A stretch of DNA of 63,700 bases, the filler included, from Chiloscyllium plagiosum (Eukaryota), in the NCBI RefSeq assembly GCF_004010195.1. It is 4 parts of one record of this genome, joined end to end, with 100 filler letters (N's around TTAATTAATTAA, not from the genome) between each part and the next. Parts side by side here need not be neighbours in the genome. Positions count along the whole stretch, not along the records: positions 1 to 16,777 come from NC_057710.1; 3 more parts are not named here. One strand, given 5' to 3'. The translations under genes and the position numbers were made by a program. A model generated the notes under the pieces. The model made no database searches, was not told where the DNA came from, and worked only from the letters and a program-made list of their open reading frames with translations. Numbering within the stretch: position 1 is the stretch's first letter; each line of letters begins with the position of its first letter. This document shows, piece after piece, positions 1 through 11,002 of this stretch.

Positions 1-275
1 GGGCATAGCTTTAAATTGAGGGGTGATAGATATAGGACAGATGTCAGAGGTAGTTTCCTTTACTTAGAGAGTAGTAAGGGTATGGAATGCTTTGCCTGCA
101 ACGGTAATAGATTCACCAACTTTAAGTACATTTAAGTCGTCATTGGACAAGCATATGGACGTACATGGAATAGTGTAGGTTAGATGGGCTTCAGATTGGT
201 ATGACAGGTCAGTGCAACATCGAGGGCCAAAGGGCCTGTACTGCACTGTAATTTTTTATGTTCTATGTTCTATAT
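1..275 (+). mobile_element. CR1-type LINE 3' end fragment
   Basis: Typical CR1 ORF2 C-terminus/3'UTR (agggtatggaatgctttgcctg...gggccaaagggcctgtactgcactgt) ending in a short (ttctatg)n tail. Confidence 0.8.
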
Positions 276-1399
276 TAAAGAAGTAGCAGATTGGAGAGAT
301 AGAGTCATCAAGAGGCATAAAGGTTGGTTTCCTTTACTGGTTGAGGTCTGAAGTATAAGATTAGGGGGTTCTGCGAAATTAGGTAGGGGAGTGTATACAG
401 TTTACTCCCCTTGTGTTGGATTTTATGCACTCTCACCAGCAGGTTTGGAAGTGGGTGGAGCTTGGACAATTCAATAGGTGGGCTTTCCACCACCAACCTA
501 TCTATCCACCCACCCCATCTATCTGAAATCTTACAGGGAGCATCAATGACAACAGATGGTTAACCCATCCTTGGATGTATTGATGTCCTTAATTGGGCCA
601 ATCACAGATCAATTAAGGGATGTACCCTGCTCTTGCTAGTATTTTACCCATGGCAAGGGAGGCCACAGACTACAGGAAGTAGGTAGATTTTAGTTGTATG
701 AGTTGGTGTTGGCCAAGGTGGTGAGTAACCTGCTTTATTCCATGGCTCATCTGAGGCACCACTGCAGTTCATATTTTCCCCTTTTACTTTCTCCTTTGGC
801 TTCTTGAAGTAATGCCCCAGACCCTCCAGATCCTGTGAAAGGTCCTGCCAACATGGTCCATGTGATACCGCAGACTCCCCTCTGAATACAAGATCGTCTT
901 TGTTAGGAATGGCAGTAGCTCCAGCTGTGATTTTGTTCACTAGCCCTAACTCAAGTCCTATCTTACTTAGTCTTTTAACATATTTGCTGATCTACGTTGA
1001 CTCCTGGTCAAGCACTGTTTTCCTTTGTAAATTCTAATCCTTGGTTTCAAGTTACTCTGTGGCTTTTCCCTTATCTTTCTAGCTTCTCCTCCAACCCTAA
1101 CTCCAATTCAGATTTCCAAATCTCATGCTTCTTGAACATTTTGGATTTTAACCATTTGACAATTGTCAAATGTGACTTCAGCTACATTGGCTCGAAACCT
1201 CTCTTCCTCTTCTCCTTTAAATTGCTCCTTCCAAGTTATCCCTCTGGACTTCAGGCCTAATACCTTTTTATGTCGCTTGGACTAGGATGATGTTCCATAA
1301 TGCTCCTGTAAAAGACATTGGGACATTTGAATATATTAAATGTGTAACGTAAATGCAAGTTACTTGTATGATTGCTAACGTAGTCTCAGTTGGGGGACA

Positions 1400-1715
1400 A
1401 GGCTTTCTGTTGGTAGTGTCACTAGATTTATAATCCTGAGGCCCAGCCTAATGCTCTGTGGACATTGGCTTAAATCCCATCCTTACAGCTGATGGAATTC
1501 TAATTCAATAATAAATCTGGAATTTAAGCTAACCTCAGAAATGATGACCATGAAACTATCATCAATTGCTGTAAAAACCCATCTGGTTCTTTTATGCTCT
1601 TAAGAAAAGGGAATATGCTGCCCTTACCTGGTCTGGCCTCCATGTGACTCTGGGTTACAGCAATGTAGTTGGCTTTTAACTGCTCTCTGAAATGGTTCTA
1701 GCAAGCACTAACTTC
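1400..1715 (+). mobile_element. tRNA-derived SINE, degenerate, same family as 26955-27292
   Basis: Shares blocks with 26955-27292 (aaatctggaatt, atgatgaccat, aaaaacccat, ccttacctggtctggcc, catgtgactc); A-box-like head tggtagtgtcactaga. Confidence 0.6.
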
Positions 1716-2303
1716 AGGTAAAGAAAAATTATTTAAGCAAACGTACACCCTCCAAGCCTGCAATAAGTTGGAAGCACTTTGGAGAAGTTAATTTTTTAAA
1801 CAGTACCATTTGCACATTGTCCCAGTGGCTGAAATCCATGAAAGCTATTGTCACTTCCTCGATAATTTATGGCTGCCTGAATTTTCTCTTCTGGTGACAA
1901 TGATGGTAACTCTGAATGTTTCTTTAGAAATCTCGAAGATGTTGACAGTGTGGAGTCAATTATGGTAATACCATTACACCACAAGGGTCTACCATTGGAT
2001 TCTCTCTCGTTGGTGATGGCCATCGTGTGAAACTTGTGTGGCACAAGTCTGACTTCACAGTTATCAGCCCAGGCCTGATTGATGTCCAGGTATTGCTGCA
2101 TATGGACATGACTGCTTCAGCTGCCTGAGGAATGGTGAATGGTGCTGAGAATTGGACAATCAATAGCCAACGTCCTCAGATCCAGTCTATTGATAGAGGG
2201 AAGTTCCTCGCTGAAGCAGCTAAAAATTGTTTGCTGTAGGACACTACCTTTATGAACCCTGCAGAGATCTGATTTGATTTGATTTGTTATTGTCACATGT
2301 ATC

Positions 2304-2393
2304 CTGAAGAAGGGCCTGTGCCCGAAACGTCGAATCTCCTGTTCCCTGGATGCTGCCTGACCTGCTGTGCTGTTCCAGCAATAAAGTTTCAAC
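2304..2393 (+). mobile_element. 90-bp PLE pLTR-derived mini-insertion beginning exactly at a hammerhead core
   Basis: CTGAAGA-A-GGGC-CTGT-GCCC-GAAAC-GTC at 2304-2331; flanked by 11-bp direct repeat tcacatgtatc (2293-2303, 2394-2404); identical to 34285-34374. Confidence 0.85.
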
Positions 2394-2662
2394 TCACATG
2401 TATCTAAGTATAGCGAAAAATTTCATTTTGCATGCAGTACAGGCAGATTATGCCATACAAAGTGCATACGGTAATAGAACAGAGAGAAGAATACAATATT
2501 ACGGCTGCAGAGAAGGTGCACAGAAAGTGAGATTAACATTAAATTTGAAATTTGAGAGGTCCACTCAGAAGCCTAATAATAACAGAAAGAAGTCGTTCTT
2601 AAAACTATTAGTCCATATATACAAACTTTTACCTGATGGAAGAGGGTGGAATAGATTATAGC

Positions 2663-2871
2663 TGGAAATGTGTTGCTGGAAAAGCGCAGCAGGTCAGGCA
2701 GCATCCAGGGAACGGGAGAATCGACGTTTCGGGCATAAGCCCTTCTTCAGGAAAGGGCTTATGCCCGAAACGTCGATTCTCCTGTTCCCTGGATGCTGCC
2801 TGACCTGCTGCGCTTTTCCAGCAACACATTTCCAGCTCTGATCTCCAGCATCTGCAGACCTCACTTTCTCC
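2663..2871. mobile_element. Fold-back PLE pLTR mini-element (family A)
   Basis: ~85-bp inverted arms (about 2660-2744 / 2753-2837, one mismatch), 35-nt 3' tail 2837-2871, 16-bp TSD tggaatagattatagc (2647-2662, 2872-2887); complete hammerhead core on the minus strand at 2723-2750. Confidence 0.9.
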
Positions 2872-5809
2872 TGGAATAGATTATAGCAAGGCTGGGAGGG
2901 GGCTTTGATAATGTTGGTTGCTTTACTAATGCAGTGGGACGTATAGCTGGAGTCAATGGATGGGAGGTCTGAATTGTGTGAGGGACTGGGCTGTGTTCAT
3001 GACTCTCTATCATTTCTTGTGGTCTTGGGAAGAAGAGTTCCTAAAGCACATTGTGATATATTCAGATAGAATGATTTATATGGTGCATCCATAAAAATTG
3101 GCTAGAGTCCTTGTGGACATGTCAAATTTCTTTATCCTCCTGAGGAAGTAGAGGCATTGTTGTGCTTTCTTTAACCATTGTGTTGAAATGGGTGGATCAG
3201 GACAGATTGTTGTTGATCATCACTCCCAGGAATTTGATGCTCCCGACTACCTCCACCTCACACAACTGATGCTGTCAGGGGCATTCCCTCCACTCCATTT
3301 CATGAAGTCAGTGACTCGCTCCTTCGTTTTGTTGACATTAATGGAGAGCTTGTTGTCTTTACACCATGTCGTTGAGCACTCGACCTCTTTCCTGTCTTCT
3401 GTTTAAGCGTTGTTGTTTGAGATCCACCCTACGACAGTCGTGTTGTCAGGAAATTTGTAAATGTCTTGTAGATGTCTGAGATGTTTTGCAGCAACAATTG
3501 ATTTCCAACAACTACAATGATCTTCCTTTGTTTTTGGTGTGACTCTGTCTAGCAGAAAGGTTTCCCCTGATTTCCATTCCGTTCTGCTTGAGCTTCTTCA
3601 TATCACACTTGGGTAAATTCTGCATTTGTGTTAAGGACAATAACCCTCATTTCCATTATTGTGTTCAGCTCTATGTCTGTGTTTGAAGCAAGGCAGTAAC
3701 CAAATCAGGTGCTGATTGGACCTGTGAGAAGCCAATCTGAGTGTCAGTCAGCAAGTTACTGTTACATGCTGCTTGATAGCACCGTCAATGACATCTTCTA
3801 TCACGTTTCTTCATCTGAGTCAGCTACACCCTAACATGAACATGTTCCCCATGGCCTCCGATTAAAAATTTCATGCTGTTCCGCTGAAGACGGTCAATTA
3901 ACCTTTCAATTAGATCAATAAGGAATTTATTGAAGACATACTGTTCCCAGATCTGCCCTCAGAGCCTCCATTTTAAAATTGTACACTGCTCTTGAGTCAC
4001 TGGAATCCAGTTGCACCCTCTCTACTATTTTCAATGGGTATCTACACTCTTTCTTGTCCCAAATGATGTTTGAAAATCTAGTCTGAATTGTCTGATTTTT
4101 GTCTTCAGTGTCAATGAACCCAGGGAAATGAAAGGAATAATAATTGTGATAATAATATAGTCAAAAGATATGAGAGCAGAATCAAGCCATTCAGCCCATA
4201 AGTCTGCTCCATCATTCGATCGATATGTTTCTCATCCTATTTTCCTGCCCTCTCCTGTAAGTTTTATCCCCTTACTAATCAAGAATCTATCTCTGTCTTA
4301 ATTACACTCAATGACTTGGCCTCTGTGGCAATCAGATCCACAGATTCACCACCCTCTGTCTGAAGAAATTCCTCCTCATCGCAGTTGTAAAGGGTCATCC
4401 CTTCACTCTGAGGCTGTGCCCTCAGGTGCTAATCTCTCCTACGAGTGAAAATGTCTTTTCCATGTCCATTTTATCCAGGCCTCTCAGTCTCAATTCTGTA
4501 AGTTGCAATGAGGTCCCCCTCATTTTTCTAAACTCCATTGAGTACAGAACCAGAGTCCTCAACTGCTCCTCATATGACAAGCCCTTCATGTCTGGGATCA
4601 TTCTTGCAAACCTCTTCTGGACCCCCTTCAAGGCTAACAGATCCTTCCTTAGCTATGGGGCTCAAAACTGCTTGTAATATTACAAATGCGATCTGACCAG
4701 AGCCTTGTACAGCATCACCAGTAAATCCCTGTTCTTCTATTCTAGTCCTCTTGAAATAAATGCTCACATTGCATTTTCCTTCCTAACTGCCAAATGAACC
4801 TTTATGTTAACCTGAAGAGAATCCTGCACTAAAACTCCCAAGTAATTTGTGTTACAGATTTCTGAAGTCTTTTCCCATTGAGAAAATAGTCTCTGCCTTT
4901 ATTCTTCCGACAAAAGTGGATAACCTCTTCATTTCCCTTATTGTATTCCACTTCACCACTTTTTTACCCACTCTCCTAGCCTGACCAAGTCCTTCTGCAG
5001 TCTCCCCACTTCTTCAGCACCATCTGCCCCTCCCCCTATCTTTTGTCATTGACAAATGTAGCAACAATATCCTCGGTTCCTTGGTCTAGATCATTAATAT
5101 ATAACATGAATAGTTGTGGTCCCAACACTGACCTGTGAAACTCCACTTGTTACCAGCTGCCATCCTAAAAAGATCCCTTTATCTCCACTCCCAGCCTTCT
5201 GCCAGTCAGATAATTCTCTATTCCATACCAATACCTTACCACCAACAGCATGAGGTTTTATCTTATTTAGCAGCCTCCTGTGCGGCACATAATCAAAGGC
5301 CTTCTGCAAATCCAAATAGATCAATTCCATGGCTTTTCCTTACCTAACTTGCTCATTACCTCCTCAAAGAATTCTAACAGATTTGACAGACATGATCTCC
5401 ACTTGATGAAGCCATGTTGTCTCAGCCTATTTTAACATGCACTTCCAAGTCCTCTGCAATATCATCCTTAATAATGGCCTCTAAAATCTTACCTACAAGT
5501 GAAGTCAGGCTAACCAGCCTATTGTCCTGTCTTCTGACCCTCTCCTTTTTTAAACTTGTGTGTAAGAATTTCCATTTTCCAGTCCTCTGGGAACCTCCCT
5601 CACGACAATGAAAGATCATCATCATTGGTTCCACAATCTCCTCAGCTATGTCCCTCGGGTGTAGTCCATCTGTCCAGGTGATTTATCCACCTCAGACCTT
5701 TCAGCTACTCCATTGTCTTTTCCTTAGTGATGGTCCACTGTCTTTACCTCTGCCCCCGTGACTCACTTGAAGTTCTGGTTTGATACTGGTGTCTTCCAAC
5801 ATGAAGATT

Positions 5810-6349
5810 TGCAAGGTTTGTAGCTCAGATTGAGGTTTAGGGTGCACAGAATCCTAGTAGCACACAAACCCACCAACACTCTCAAACAAAAACGAACAAA
5901 CTTAAAAGACCCAGTACAACCCATGGACAAAACCAATGTCATCTACAAAATTCCATGCAAGGACTGCCACAAACACTATGTAGAACAAACAGGAAGAAAG
6001 TTAGCCACCAGGATACACAAACACCAGCTAGCCACAAAAAGACATGACCCTCTCTCCCTCGTAGACACACGGATGAAAAAAACTACCATTGTGACTGGGA
6101 CAACACATCTATCCTGGGCAGACTAAGCAAAGACATGCCAGAGAATTCCTAGAGGCCTGGCATTCCAACCACAACGCCATAAACAATCACCACAAACCCC
6201 AGGAACCCCATCCAGGAGAAAGATATAAATAGAAAGCAGGAGACAACAGCTTCGCTTCACTTGGAGGTCGCCATTGATGATATTACCTAGCCAGGTAATG
6301 AAATGTCTGGATATCAAACCTACAGCTCAGCGAGCAAACCTACACCCTA
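5810..6349 (+). mobile_element. Penelope-like element 3' fragment: GIY-YIG endonuclease plus pLTR, with inverted tail at the left end
   Basis: ORF 5830..6126 has NVIYKIPCKDCHKHYVEQTGRKLATRIHKH (GIY-YIG-like); decayed hammerhead 6271-6310; left end is the reverse complement of the 3' end (caccctaaac) plus a tail; 12-bp TSD aacatgaagatt (5798-5809, 6350-6361). Confidence 0.9.
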
Positions 6350-6480
6350 AACATGAAGATTATTGCAAATTCTTGATTCAGTTCTTCCGTTATTTCTTTT
6401 TTCCCCATTACTACTTTTTCTGCCTCATTTTCCAGGAGCCCAAAGTCCATTCTTGCCTCTCTTTTAACTTTTATGCATCA

Positions 6481-6832
6481 CAAAACAATTTTGCAATTTT
6501 TTTAATATTAATATCTAGCTTGGCTTCATATTTCAACTTCTTCCCACTTATTGCTTTTTTAGCTGTCCTCTGATGTTATTTAAAGGCTTCCTCATCCATT
6601 GGCTTCTTTGCTTTTTTTTCCCTTTGCTTTTCTGCTGTCCCTGACACTCCCTTTCAAAACAATTTTGCAATTTTTTTAATATTAATATCTAGCATGGCTT
6701 CATATTTCAACTTCTTCCCACTTATTGCTTTTTTAGCTCTCCTCTGATGTTATTTAAAGGCTTCCTGATCCATTGGCTTCTTTGCTTTTTTTTCCCCTTT
6801 GCTTTTCTGCTGTCCCTGACACTCCCTTTCAA
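6481..6832. repeat. Tandem duplication, ~175-bp unit x2
   Basis: caaaacaattttgcaattttttt...gacactccctttc occurs from 6481 and from 6655, with only a few differences. Confidence 0.95.
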
Positions 6833-9310
6833 CCATAATTACCTCCTCCTTCCCTTAACATGTTCCTTCTTCCTTGAGAAGAATTTCAGCTGTACCTCCT
6901 GAATAACCCCCAAGAAATACTTGCCATTCCCATTGCTTCACCAAGTAAATAAAATTGCCAAATAATCAATATAATTTCAAAACTATTTTATTTAGAGGTC
7001 GTCATAACCTTAAACTGAGATGCAAGGGACTGTGGTGATAACATAGAGGTTTTAAAAAAACGTATTTTGCAATGCATGGTCAGAGGCAATAATATCATTG
7101 TTGTAAAGAGCTCCAACCAATTATAGATTTAAATAAGCTGTTAATAGGTTTACAAATCAAGTGGATATTATGTTTCAAAACAACAGCAATTTATGATTTT
7201 TGTACAAAGTCTGAATTTAAGAGATTGTCTCTTGACTTACTATGGTTTGGCATGTATGTCAGATAGACAGTAAAATGCAAATTAATTTCCCAGGCGCAGT
7301 GACAAATTTTAATTGTGACTTTGTGTGGTTTAATCCTCTGGGACTTTAGATATGCAGACCCTATGGCCCTTTCAATGTATTTCATGCAGCTGTAAGTCAG
7401 GCTCAGTCTTGTTGGCAAGTTATTTATTTCTATTTGAAATCAATTTCATAACTGAGTAAAATTTGTTGGAATACAGTAATAAAATACTTTGGATACCAGA
7501 AATCTGAAATAAAGTTTGTGCTCTTGGATCTTTAAGGATAATTGTCTTCTCTGCTACTCTAAGAGAGTGATGTGTTCTCTAATCTGTTTGTGGATCACTT
7601 TGACGAAATAAAAGACCCATGGAACACCTATCAGTTTTAGCCCATCTACCTTGCTTGTCATCAGGAAAGACTTCAGAATTAACAAGAACTTCTTAAAAAT
7701 ACAAATAGCTTGCTTTTTTGTTCCTAAATGTAATATATTTACATGCTTTTTGATTTTCTTACCTACCATAAGTAAATTACTGATTCATGCCACAGGTATA
7801 GGTATGGAGAGTTGTATAGGGCAATTTTTTTAACATTGTAATATGTGTTATGACATCTTCACAATAATCTTACTCTGAGAGTCTAGCACTGATCTTACAT
7901 CTATTTTAGTGAAATAAAACAACAGAACATAAATCTCGCTTATGAAGCTGCATTGTTGTTTGTGTTCAAGGCTACTTGTGTTGTGTGTGTGATGCTGTCC
8001 ACACGTTATGGATGAGAGTTCTACTCTATACTCTTGTACTCCTCTGGGATGACACTTCACAACAGGTCCTTATATGTCACAGACCACCTGGAAGATCCAC
8101 TGTACTGGTCATATATTGAGCACCATTCCAATAAAGCTGTGAGCCTGTGAGAGATGAAATCCAACAGGGTTCTTTCCTGAGAACTTTTGTGAGTTCATAG
8201 TTCATGCCTGTCCTCTGTGTCTAGGATCTAAAGCAGCACCATAGCACATGCTTAACAAGCCTGCAGCTATGCTTCTGGCTGTTCAAATCACACGCAATTA
8301 GTTGTGATTCATTTGAAGGTGGGGTGGTGCCGTTGGAAATTTGACATAGTGGTACCTGTTTGTATCTTTAATCTGTGGAATGCCCTAATTTCAGTTTTAT
8401 TTTAAATGCTGCTCCACTTGGCTACTTTTAATGAAACATAGCCCCTAGAGCAAGTTTTGTCACTCAAGACATGTCTGATATGTATCTTAAATCTATTTTC
8501 CTACTATCACTCCAAATCCCGTGAAATTTCTGCTTTACAATAAAAATCTAATGGTTTAATTCTTGTAAACTCCAATGAGCCTAAATATTTATCAGCACGC
8601 TGAGAGGAAGTATTCTCAGTACTACCCTTGTGTGAAGGGTTTTTTCTTTTTGTTTTCTTTATTAGCTGAGTTTAATTTTAATATTATTTCACCTGCACTC
8701 TTCTACCAGCCAGATGCAATGGTTTTCCTCATATCTACCCTACTCAACATTTTTAACACCCTGGTGGAATTTTCCCTGCCCCTGATGACATGGATCAAGA
8801 CACGAAAGTCAGGAAAATCAGAAGCTTCTCAACATCGACAACAAAAAGCTGCTATTTTTCAACCCAATGTTGAAAAGCAAGAAGAGATCCCTGATGGATG
8901 GTTAATGAGCTGTGAGTTGGCATGATTGTGTGAGAAAACTCACTCAACCCTCCACTGTCACCAGCCTGTTTCTTGCTACACTCCTTTGAGGAACCATTGC
9001 ATTCACCTTTATCTAGTACAGAAGATCAATCAATCAGCAAAATTATTTCAGGGGACTCCTGCAATACTTGCTTGGTTGTTTGAACAGCACGACACTCACT
9101 TATTCTCTATCTTCATGCATTCTCCAATCTTGTGGTCTGAGCACCTCACTAGATGGTTATCTTAAAGTCATCTACTTCATAGATGAACCAGTATCTCTAA
9201 TACTTGCTCAAGCTTCAAAGCCCAGACCTCTCAGTTTTGCATATTTCTCACGTTGCCTAATTGTTTACTGACTTAGGGCATGTGAAATGGCCAAAATTTC
9301 AAGCATTACA

Positions 9311-9513
9311 GAAAAAAAGAAATTGCTGGAAAAGCTCAGCAGGTGAGACAACATCTGTGGAGAGAAATCAGAATTAATGTTTTGTGTTGGGTGACCCTTC
9401 CTCAGAACCTGTCACTTGACCTCACTCCACAGATGCTGCCAGACCTGCTGAGTTTTTCCAGCAATTTCTATTTCTGTTTCTGATTTACAGCATTTGCAGG
9501 TCTTCTGATTTTT
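9311..9513. mobile_element. Fold-back PLE pLTR mini-element (family D), older
   Basis: Inverted arms (gaaattgctggaaaagctcagcaggt / acctgctgagtttttccagcaatttc); minus-strand CTGAGGA at tcctcag near 9400-9406; partial flanking repeat cattacag. Confidence 0.75.
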
Positions 9514-9589
9514 ATTTCATCCCAACATTACAGGATGGGAATTTCACATGGCCAAGCTGCCCTTCCATACCTTAAATGTATCTGCTGTA

Positions 9590-10195
9590 AGCACAGGAGT
9601 TGGGAGGTCATGTTGTGGCTGTACAAGGCATTGGTTAGGCCACTTTTGGAATTTTGTGGGAAATCTTGCTCTCCTTCCTATTGAAAGGATGTTGTGAAAA
9701 TTGAAAGGGTTCAGAAAAGATTTACAAGGATGTTGCCAGGGTTGGAGGATTTGAGCTATAGGGAGAGGTTGAATAGGCTGCGGTTGTTTTCCCTGGAGGC
9801 TCGGAAGCTGTGAGGTGACCTTAGAGGTTTATAAAATCATGAGCGGCATGGATAGGGTAAATAGACAAGGTCTTTTCCCTGTGGTGGGAGAGTCCAGAAC
9901 TAGAGGGCGTATGTTTAGGGTGAAAGAGGACAAGTATAAATGAGACCTAAGGGGCAACCTTTTCACACAGGTTGTGCTTGTATGGAATGAATTGCCAGAA
10001 GAAGTGGTTGAGGCTGGCACAATTGCAACATTTAAAAGGCATCTGGATGGGGATATAAATAGGAAGGGTTTGGAGGGATATGGGCCGGGTGATGGCAGGT
10101 GGGAAAAGATTGGGTTGGGATATCTAGTCGGCATGGGCGAGTTGGACTGAAGGGTCTGTTTCCATGCTGTACATCTCTATGACTGTATGACTCCA
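9590..10195 (+). mobile_element. CR1 LINE 3' end
   Basis: Encodes the decayed DVVKIERVQKRFTRMLPGLEDLSYRERLNRL motif; 3'UTR aagggtctgtttccatgctgtac with (tatgact)n-like tail. Confidence 0.9.
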
Positions 10196-10719
10196 TGCCT
10201 CAACCAATCAGAGTCAGCTTTCTAATCAATTAACACCCTTATGCAATGTAGTGTTTTTTCTTTCTGTGAAATTTCTTGCCTTTGTCCTGTCGAGTTCAAG
10301 ATACAACGTTTCGAAGACATTTTTTTTTCAGCAATTGTCAACTGCTGTACTACCGAGGAACAGTTACATTTTATTAAAATCTAAATGATCTTGTTCTTGC
10401 TTTGTGTAGGCTGCATGGACTCTGCATCTCCTAAAGTTAGCTACAACTCCTGGTGGTTGTGTTGCTGAGTTTTCAAATTTCTGATTAGACCAGCAACTCC
10501 AAGGGGTGTGCAATGGACAAGACCAGACCCCTTCAAAATATTTGAAGAAAGTAGTCTAGACTCTAACTTTTACTTATTTTAATGATAGATTTAAAGTGTC
10601 ATGTTCCAGACACGAACTGTTAAGTTATTCAACATTAAGCGAAACACAATTTATTTAAATCCTGTGATTAACATACAAACAAAAGGAAGATGAATTTAGA
10701 ATAACTTAACTATTGGAAA

Positions 10720-11002
10720 ACTCTAACTCAGCACAACCCTCTTAAACTGTAATACTTGTCCATCTTTCTTCCCACCTATCTGCTTCACCCTTTCTCCAAT
10801 CTATCACCATCACCCTCTACCTCCATCTACCTATCGTCTTCCCAACTACCTCACCACCTACCCCCACCTCCACGTTCCCATTTATCTCTCAGCCCACTTC
10901 CCCCACCCCACAATCCTGATGAAGGGCTTAAGCCCGAAACGTCGATTGTCCTGGTCCTCAGATGTTGCCTGACCTGCTTGCTTTTCCAGCGCCACATCGT
11001 TC
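10720..11002 (+). mobile_element. PLE 3'UTR/pLTR fragment
   Basis: C-rich 3'UTR like 24560-24720, then a hammerhead and the family A downstream sequence; 12-bp TSD aactattggaaa (10708-10719, 11003-11014). Confidence 0.85.
10910..10949 (+). ncRNA. Minimal type I hammerhead ribozyme, best-formed copy
   Basis: ACAATC (10910-15), CTGATGA (10916-22), A, GGGC-TTAA-GCCC (10924-35), GAAAC (10936-40), GTC (10941-43), GATTGT (10944-49). Perfect 6-bp stem I and full catalytic core; predicted cleavage after C10943. Confidence 0.85.

Larger units (their letters stand above)
2270..3460 (-). mobile_element. Rex1/Babar-type LINE 3' fragment carrying two nested PLE mini-insertions
   Basis: Minus strand near 3410-3460 reads YKFPDNTTVVGWISNN, matching [16 protein letters not shown] in ORF 29371..29589; 3' end resembles 14110-14300. 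Confidence 0.7.
1790..3810 (-). mobile_element. Old CR1-clade LINE fragments (1790-2265 and 3470-3810) split by a Rex1 insertion
   Basis: Minus-strand RT-like remnants (ORF 1796..2101 QQYLDINQAWADNCEVRLVPHKFHTMAI); similar degenerate family at 35280-36120. Confidence 0.5.
4165..6930 (-). mobile_element. CR1 LINE ORF2 relic, interrupted by a PLE and a tandem duplication
   Basis: Minus-strand ORFs with CR1 RT motifs: NRLVSLTSLVGKILEAII (5422..5634), IYLDLQKAFDYVPHRRLL (5094..5330), VQKRFARMIPDMKGLSYEEQL (4422..4631). Confidence 0.9.
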
